Origin: a virus
Lineage: Duplodnaviria > Caudoviricetes
Virus record (IMG/VR): IMGVR_UViG_3300033074_000614
Location: 9,679 to 73,678 of that record
Length of the DNA: 64,000 nucleotides
Strand: one strand, 5' to 3'
The notes under the pieces are model-generated. The model was not told the origin of the DNA. It ran no database searches and saw nothing but the letters and a program-made list of their open reading frames with translations. Each line of letters starts with the position of its first letter. The stretch's first letter is position 1. Below, piece after piece: positions 58,409 through 64,000 of the stretch. The position numbers were made by a program, and so were the translations under genes.

Positions 58409-58696
58409 TCAGGATTTGGCCGGAGCGGGGCGAGGTGGTGGATTAGCCGGCTGGCGCGCGTGGTTCAATCTGACCAGTGAAAACGTATTCGTTTCGAGCT
58501 TGGTCAGTTCCCGGCTGTAGTACACCAATCCATGCGGGTAGTCCGGATGCTTCGCCGCTTCGCTGGTTTCGAGTCGGCATAGATACCCGTCGCGCGGGAT
58601 GGTAAACCCCGGATGCGTCGGGCGCAACGTGGCGGCGTACTGGAACACTGGTCCGGTGTGTTCATCAAGCCAAACTATCGGGCGGTATTCGCTCAT
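58409..58696 (-). CDS. DarA C-terminal-domain-like small protein
   Basis: Y...LRP...G...P..G....HG.V.Y.R.LT..E...F.L pattern recognised from memory. Confidence 0.5.
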   Translation of the reverse strand: MSEYRPIVWLDEHTGPVFQYAATLRPTHPGFTIPRDGYLCRLETSEAAKHPDYPHGLVYYSRELTKLETNTFSLVRLNHARQPANPPPRPAPAKS

Positions 58697-58887
58697 CGCT
58701 TCCCCTTCGGCCCCGGCTTCGCAGGCTTCATCCGCGCGATTGCCACGGCCTGCACTTCGGTCAACTGGAACGAGCCGTCGACCATCTTTGGACGATCCTC
58801 GACGTTAGGCCACAGACGCTTGATTCGCACGTTGACGCTGTTGCGGGTGAGGTTGAGTTCTGCGGCTAGTTGGGGGACGGTTTTCAT
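58693..58887 (-). CDS. Small HTH DNA-binding protein
   Basis: MKTVPQLAAELNLTRNSVNVRI; paralog of 18515. Confidence 0.65.
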   Translation of the reverse strand: MKTVPQLAAELNLTRNSVNVRIKRLWPNVEDRPKMVDGSFQLTEVQAVAIARMKPAKPGPKGKR

Positions 58888-59240
58888 TGCTTGCCCTCGG
58901 CTTTTGCGATGGCGGCGTTGAGTTGAGTAAACGCCGCATGTTCATCGTCGCCCCATGAATCGGGAGCGTTACCGCCAACAAACTGGCGGCGCATTGTCGA
59001 GTGTGTCAGCTTACACGCCGCGAGCAGGTCGGGCGCGGCGGACTGCAAACGCCACTGCTTTTGACGATCTTCAGATTCTTTTTCCCACTTTGCTTGCTGT
59101 TTTTCCTGCCTCGCCTTTCGCTTATCCGGGTCATGTGTACCACAGTACCACTTCCCGTTACGCTCGACCTTGGCGGCGTTTTTGCACGGGTATGTCACTT
59201 GGAAATCACCGTGAATTGTCTTGCAGCACTTGTTTCCCAT
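58884..59240 (-). CDS. Cys/His N-terminus plus AAPDLLAACK...AAIAKAEG module
   Basis: AAGGAG SD before ATG 59240. Confidence 0.65.
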   Translation of the reverse strand: MGNKCCKTIHGDFQVTYPCKNAAKVERNGKWYCGTHDPDKRKARQEKQQAKWEKESEDRQKQWRLQSAAPDLLAACKLTHSTMRRQFVGGNAPDSWGDDEHAAFTQLNAAIAKAEGKQ

Positions 59241-59292
59241 CGCAAATCTCCTTGTTATTCGACAATCCAATCCACCCGCGCTAGCAGGGGAG

Positions 59293-59592
59293 TTATCTGA
59301 TCCAGTTCCCCGCGTCAAGTGCCATCGGGCAACCGCGCGTGTACAGAATCTTCTCGCTGTCGTCCACGATGTTGCCCTCAAGTTCTTTGCCGCTCTTGTC
59401 GAGTTCCATCTTCCAAACGCGAGACTCGACCACGATCGCAACCTCATCGGAATCGGCGTCAAGCTCGTATGCAGCCGCTTCTTTGAGACACCGCTCGCGG
59501 TCGTCGGAATCGTTCTGCACGTCGTCAATTACATCGCCGAAGGCGTCTATCACCATCACGCGATACTCGGTCTTTCGTGCTGTCTTGGTCAT
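59293..59592 (-). CDS. Acidic hypothetical protein
   Basis: AAGGAG SD before ATG 59592. Confidence 0.65.
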   Translation of the reverse strand: MTKTARKTEYRVMVIDAFGDVIDDVQNDSDDRERCLKEAAAYELDADSDEVAIVVESRVWKMELDKSGKELEGNIVDDSEKILYTRGCPMALDAGNWIR

Positions 59593-59626
59593 TCCAATCT
59601 CCTTAGTTTCGGGCAAGCCGCGCCGG

Positions 59627-59657
59627 ACTCTTTCGAGTGCGGCGGGGTGGGTTAGAT
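59627..59657. repeat. 31-bp boundary repeat, copy 2
   Basis: Identical to 17909..17939; contains the TAA stop of 59652..59849. Confidence 0.9.
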
Positions 59658-59849
59658 GCGGACTGGTTTGTTGTCGATGATCTGGTGTGAGGCCCGCACC
59701 ATCTTGCGGCCAGCGGACGAAGGAAGGTCGGAATCGGCGACACGGGCAACCGCTTCGGCTGGTGTTGCAGCTTCGATCTGGACCGATCCCCAGTCGCCGC
59801 CCTTGGCTGGATATTCGACACGGTAAGTATTGAGTTCTGTTGCGTTCAT
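59652..59849 (-). CDS. First gene of the leftward early operon (MNAT..., 65 aa)
   Basis: Same leader and first four codons as 17939..18274; unrelated body. Confidence 0.7.
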   Translation of the reverse strand: MNATELNTYRVEYPAKGGDWGSVQIEAATPAEAVARVADSDLPSSAGRKMVRASHQIIDNKPVRI

Positions 59850-59887
59850 CGTGATTCTCCTAGTCAGGCAACACGCCTGTATCATTA

Positions 59888-59915
59888 ATGATACACACTT
59901 AATCGGAACTTTCAA
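59888..59915 (-). promoter_or_regulatory. Leftward sigma70-type promoter overlapped by a 12-bp palindrome
   Basis: Minus strand TTGAAA-N16-TATCAT; ATCATTAATGAT at 59881..59892. Confidence 0.65.
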
Positions 59916-60079
59916 GCGTTTGATTTCACATTCCGCAAAGATTTTCTTAATCGCCACCATTCTAAATAACAGATTGCCCAAGTTATCAGACACCCCGCGC
60001 ACGCCCTGCGTCCCATAAGTGAGAATCGGGGAAGTTTCCCCGGTTTCCTGAATCTCAGCCGTCAAGACTGGTACAAGCG

Positions 60080-61495
60080 GTGGTGCCAAGGGAGCTTTTG
60101 ATGCCAGATTGGACAATTACCGTTCGGCTATCGGACGGATGCGTGAAAATTGACTTGCAATTGCCGCAGGAACTTGCTAAGAACGGGATTATGGAATCAA
60201 TCCAACCGGCGCAAGTGGCGGACACGCCGCCAGTTACGTTGCCATTTCCATCTACCGACCAGTCCGAACTCGCACGCGATACCGATGCGTGGGGGGCTTA
60301 CTTGCGCGGGATTGGCCGGAAAGCCTCGACGATCGCCGCGTATCGCAAGACAGTGGGCGAGGCGGCGGCAGCTAAGGGGTGGACGCGGTTGTCGCAGGTG
60401 TCTCTCGACGCCGTGAGCGCGTATCTGTGCGAGCGGCGGGAGCGGCTTGGGTGGACCGGATCGACGTTTAACCGGAACATGGCGGCGTTTACCAACCTCA
60501 CCCGGTGGGCCAAGAAGACGCGGCGGACTGCAGAGAACGTGCTGGAGGACGTAGACCACGCCAAAGACTCCCACGGGGCCGGGGTGGGGCCGCTATCGCT
60601 ACTGCAGGTCGAGAGGCTAATGAGCTACACAACGACCCGGCAGGCCCTAGACAAGCGTTCTAGGACGAACCGCGTGCTTTATTGGTATTGGTTGATACTC
60701 GCCGGGATGAGGTTCAGCGAGCCTGCAGCGTTCAAGTGGAAGAATCTTCTGCTATCAGAGGAAATCCCGCTGTTCAGTTGGGAAGGGGCGATGCAGAAAA
60801 ACGGCAAGCGGTGCGAAATCGCCATTCACCCGGCACTTGTGCCAATGATCCTCGCCCACCGCGAAACCGTACCCCATGAGCCAAACGACCCCGTATTCCC
60901 CGGCACGCCCGCCCGCGAGACATTCCGAGCCGACTGCAGAGCTGCAGGTATTCCAGCCAAGGATTCGCGGGGTAGGCCCCTTAGTTGTCATTCGGCGCGC
61001 AAATTTTTCAGGTCGCACCTGGCCGAATTGGGTGCGTCTGGCGAGGTTATTGACTACCTAATGCGGCACGCGCGGGGCGTTTCTGACCGATACAACGTCA
61101 TTTCGCCGGTCGCGCAAGTGGCGGTGCTGTCAATGGTTAAGATAAATATTCGCGGAATCGTGGAAGAAAGTGTTGCAAATGGGGGAGAAATCCCGAATAA
61201 TGTATCTACCACCGAGCAGAAAGAAAGCATGCATACGATTTCCTATAACCCAGCTTTGACGACCGGCGAGGCATGCAAGTCTTCTGACGGTGGTACGTTC
61301 GGCGACAAATCTAACTCGCCGGTCCTTAAAACTGGGTTGGAAGAATCAGGCGACGAAGTTTCGACCAGCGCAAAGTCTCTGCCGCGCTTTGACCTGCGCG
61401 GCATACAAGCCTCCGATGGCATGAAGACTGCCGCCGCCGCGCTCTTGCGAGCCGCCGCTGACTTGCTCGACGCCTCGCGGGGGGTGTCAAAGTGA
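60080..61495 (+). CDS. int: Tyrosine recombinase/integrase (start uncertain)
   Basis: GMRFSE, HSARK, LMRH and DRY catalytic residues; N-terminal SAM-like domain; long C-terminal extension. Confidence 0.9.
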   Translation: MVPRELLMPDWTITVRLSDGCVKIDLQLPQELAKNGIMESIQPAQVADTPPVTLPFPSTDQSELARDTDAWGAYLRGIGRKASTIAAYRKTVGEAAAAKGWTRLSQVSLDAVSAYLCERRERLGWTGSTFNRNMAAFTNLTRWAKKTRRTAENVLEDVDHAKDSHGAGVGPLSLLQVERLMSYTTTRQALDKRSRTNRVLYWYWLILAGMRFSEPAAFKWKNLLLSEEIPLFSWEGAMQKNGKRCEIAIHPALVPMILAHRETVPHEPNDPVFPGTPARETFRADCRAAGIPAKDSRGRPLSCHSARKFFRSHLAELGASGEVIDYLMRHARGVSDRYNVISPVAQVAVLSMVKINIRGIVEESVANGGEIPNNVSTTEQKESMHTISYNPALTTGEACKSSDGGTFGDKSNSPVLKTGLEESGDEVSTSAKSLPRFDLRGIQASDGMKTAAAALLRAAADLLDASRGVSK

Positions 61496-62142
61496 CTACC
61501 TACCGCGTTGAACAAGGTGACTGCCTCGAATTGCTCAAGAGCCTTCCCGCTGGCAGCGTGGACGCCGTTATCACCGATCCGCCGTATGGAATCGCGCGAG
61601 TTTGGAAGGGTGGATCGGGAAGCGGATGGGGCAAGGCACGCGAACAGACCGCCGATCGCAATGCGTGGGATGCCACAGCCCCCGACCTTTCGGCGTTTCT
61701 CGCCCTTGACGTTCCGATGGCTGTTTGGGGCGGCAACTACTTCGACCTGCCCATATCACGCGGCTGGCTTGTGTGGAACAAGCCCGAAAGGAACTTCTCG
61801 CTTTCAGAGGCCGAGATTGCTTGGACAAATCAGGACGCGCCCATCCGCGTGTGTGATTGTCATCGCTCCGATTCGGGTCGGATACATCCAACGCAAAAGC
61901 CGCTGCAGCTCATGCGGTGGACTCTCGACAAAATGAATATTCCGGTTGGTGCAACCGTTCTCGATCCCTATTGCGGTTCAGGAACTACGGGGGTCGCTTG
62001 CGTTGAAATGGGAATCAACTTCATCGGCTTCGAGCTAGACCCCGACTACTGCACCATCGCCCGCCGTCGCATCGCCGAGGCTGTCCCGCTGTGGACGCCA
62101 GCACCAACACCCGCGCCAATTCAAGGGGAGATGTTCGCATGA
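61492..62142 (+). CDS. DNA methyltransferase (DPPY, N6-A type)
   Basis: ITDPPYG, HPTQKP, VLDPYCGSGTT; paralog of 53737. Confidence 0.93.
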   Translation: MTTYRVEQGDCLELLKSLPAGSVDAVITDPPYGIARVWKGGSGSGWGKAREQTADRNAWDATAPDLSAFLALDVPMAVWGGNYFDLPISRGWLVWNKPERNFSLSEAEIAWTNQDAPIRVCDCHRSDSGRIHPTQKPLQLMRWTLDKMNIPVGATVLDPYCGSGTTGVACVEMGINFIGFELDPDYCTIARRRIAEAVPLWTPAPTPAPIQGEMFA

Positions 62143-62480
62143 TCTACCGCGCAACCACAGACGCCCCCCTCTTCACCTTCGAGGGCGTAGAAACCCGCAC
62201 CACAGAAGCGTGCCAACGGCTCTCGACCCAATACCTCGACATCTTCAACCTGATGCGCGACGGCCAGTTTCGCACGTTGAAAGAGATCGAAACCGCGCTG
62301 AACGGTCGCTACCCGCAGGCGTCGATTTCCGCCCAGCTTCGCCATATGCGTAAAAGGCGATTCGGCTCGCACCAGATCGCCCGCAAGTCGCTTGGCGGCG
62401 GGCTGCACAGTTACCAACTCACGGTGAACGTAGACGCGCCGTTGGTTCTTAGTCCCGCGAATAAAGGAGAATTGGAGTGA
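62139..62480 (+). CDS. Winged-helix DNA-binding protein
   Basis: DG.FRTL.EI.....P.ASISAQLR..RK.RFG.H pattern. Confidence 0.65.
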   Translation: MIYRATTDAPLFTFEGVETRTTEACQRLSTQYLDIFNLMRDGQFRTLKEIETALNGRYPQASISAQLRHMRKRRFGSHQIARKSLGGGLHSYQLTVNVDAPLVLSPANKGELE

Positions 62481-62773
62481 ACACGCACACGCCCGGACCT
62501 TGGAAGATTGATAGCACTGTCGGCGGTTCGCTCGGCGACAAAGTTACTGCATCGGACGGCTTGACGGTTTGCAGAACGTCGCTCGAACGCTCACCTGAAC
62601 ACCGAGAAGCCAACGCGCGCCTAATCGCCGCCGCGCCAAGTCTGCTTGAAGTATGCAAAGCGGTCGCTACCCACATTGATCCTGATGCCCCCTGCGCCAC
62701 TACGAGCAGGAAAGAAGTCATGATGCAACTTCGCGCCGCAATTGAACTCGCAACCAAAGGAGCCTCGAAATGA
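62477..62773 (+). CDS. HTPGPW...ANARLIAAAP family phage protein
   Basis: Motifs seen directly. Confidence 0.7.
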   Translation: MNTHTPGPWKIDSTVGGSLGDKVTASDGLTVCRTSLERSPEHREANARLIAAAPSLLEVCKAVATHIDPDAPCATTSRKEVMMQLRAAIELATKGASK

Positions 62774-63387
62774 ACGAACTAATGACCGGCCTCAACCCGA
62801 AAGCAGACGACCGACTCGCAGCCGAGCTTGGCGTGACACTATTGCCAGAAGACTTTGTAAACCAGACCGCCTTTGCGCCCAACGGGCGAGACTGCACCAC
62901 CGTTATCGTTTCCAACGGGAAACGATTTCGACGCGGCGACTTGGTTCGTCCCGATGGATCATACGAAATTATCTTCGTCTCGTCTGTCAGCGGCAACGTC
63001 CTCACGGTCGTTCGTCGATACGGCGGCTCTGAACCGTTTTCTCTTGCCAATGGCACAAGGCTTATCAACACCGGAAACGCGACGCTCTCGCCTGAGCAGG
63101 ATGAGATTACGCCGACGTTCCACACCTCCGACTTCGCAGGCCCGCCAGTGAAGCTTGGGAATCGCGGATACGAGACTGACGCGAGCGGGAAGGCGATTGA
63201 AGTGCCAAACCCAATGTCGAAGTTCTGGCGCACCTTATATGACTCGCAGACGTTCACCGAAAAATGTGCGTTCGTGCAGGGCATGATCTACGCCCGCAAC
63301 TTATTGATCGGTAAGAAGATTGCAAACTGGGACGACGCGCACGACGTGATCGAAGCTGAAACAGAACGACTCCGTGACCTCAAGTAA
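62770..63387 (+). CDS. Paralog of 18746 with an inserted beta domain
   Basis: Shared N-terminus and SPEQDE..GY..DASG; ~82 extra codons. Confidence 0.7.
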   Translation: MNELMTGLNPKADDRLAAELGVTLLPEDFVNQTAFAPNGRDCTTVIVSNGKRFRRGDLVRPDGSYEIIFVSSVSGNVLTVVRRYGGSEPFSLANGTRLINTGNATLSPEQDEITPTFHTSDFAGPPVKLGNRGYETDASGKAIEVPNPMSKFWRTLYDSQTFTEKCAFVQGMIYARNLLIGKKIANWDDAHDVIEAETERLRDLK

Positions 63388-63459
63388 CTTCGCGCGTTGC
63401 GAACTGCCGCGCCTTGTTTTAGGACGCAAGGCGCGACGGTACTCAACGAAAGGAAAGAT

Positions 63460-63744
63460 GTGGACAGCTCAAAGAAAATTGACGATGGTGGACCGGCGTT
63501 CCCAATTCCGGTGGCAATGTGTCAAAACGTGAACGGCGAGGCGATCGTAATTGACTCCCAAGATCGTTGCGTTGGTGGCCTTTCACTCCGCGACTACTTC
63601 GCGGCGAAGGCGATGGCCGCGATGATAGACAGTTCGGTTCATTCTGAATCGTTCGCGGACTTTCATGATGGAAGCGCACAGACCTACGCGGCGAAAGCGT
63701 ACATCATGGCCGACGCCATGCTCTTAGCAAGGAAGTCGCAGTGA
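63460..63744 (+). CDS. GPAFP...LRDYFAA...ADAML family phage protein
   Basis: Motifs seen directly; AGGA SD before GTG. Confidence 0.7.
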   Translation: MDSSKKIDDGGPAFPIPVAMCQNVNGEAIVIDSQDRCVGGLSLRDYFAAKAMAAMIDSSVHSESFADFHDGSAQTYAAKAYIMADAMLLARKSQ

Positions 63745-63965
63745 CCCGCGTTTCCATGTATCGCCACGTCCGACTCACAGCCTCGCAGCAGGCCGAGGAC
63801 GACGCCTGCCCCGATGGCGCGCCTGACGTTGATATGTGCGACTGCGGCGAGGTTGCGACTCTCAAGTGTGGAACTACGCCGGTGTGTTCGGCGTGCAACT
63901 TGGTCAGTGCGATTGACGAAACCGGGGTGAGGGCGGATTACGCGGAATGTGAAGGGGCGGACTGA
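63741..63965 (+). CDS. Small Cys protein, paralog of 19075
   Basis: Diverged 5' end; near-identical 3' two-thirds. Confidence 0.65.
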   Translation: MTRVSMYRHVRLTASQQAEDDACPDGAPDVDMCDCGEVATLKCGTTPVCSACNLVSAIDETGVRADYAECEGAD

Positions 63966-64000
63966 TGAAGCGTAGATCGTGCTTCCTGAACGAAAGCGAC
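63858..64000. repeat. Direct repeat of 19192..19334
   Basis: One mismatch; runs to the window end. Confidence 0.95.

Larger units (their letters stand above)
19192..63857. mobile_element. Complete unit-length temperate phage genome bounded by direct repeats
   Basis: Contains recombination, replication, packaging, head, tail and integrase genes once each between the repeats. Confidence 0.7.

Noticed and set aside
1-64000. CRISPR array or anti-CRISPR mini-array
   Set aside because: No regularly spaced repeat series; all repeats found are two-copy.

Overview
The whole 64 kb is tailed-phage (Caudoviricetes) DNA, and no host housekeeping genes were recognised. It carries two complete, syntenic but diverged virion modules. 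Module A (1-15757) and module B (36617-52876) each run terS, terL, DUF935 portal, Mu-gpF, Mu-gpI protease/scaffold, decoration protein, lambda-E-like capsid, gp36, gpG-like, terminator, tail tube, short tape measure, tail tip and Cys-rich proteins. Between and after them are leftward early genes and a recombination/replication region (AAA ATPase, SSB, RusA, CsrA, DUF1376 initiator, DnaC-like loader), plus three DNA methyltransferases, a beta-helix depolymerase-like gene and a tyrosine integrase. The last ~143 nt of the window (63858-64000) repeat 19192-19334 with one mismatch. So 19192-63857 (44,666 bp) reads as one complete, circularisable temperate genome joined to a relative. This is either a real heterodimer/tandem lysogen or an assembly join. 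Other highlights: (1) an anticodon-less tRNA mimic with its own promoter and terminator, flanked by 17-bp direct repeats; (2) a ~500-nt highly structured intergenic RNA ending in an oversized tRNA-like fold; (3) a ~110-aa domain shared between the capsid decoration proteins and one tail protein; (4) an unusual short tail with a tandem-fold tube, a ~320-345 aa tape measure, and antisense membrane genes where the chaperone should be; (5) Cys-rich variable tail-tip proteins. The host is unknown; a Planctomycetota-like Gram-negative host is only a guess from CsrA, Tat substrates and protein style. All family calls come from motif recognition by eye, not from database searches.
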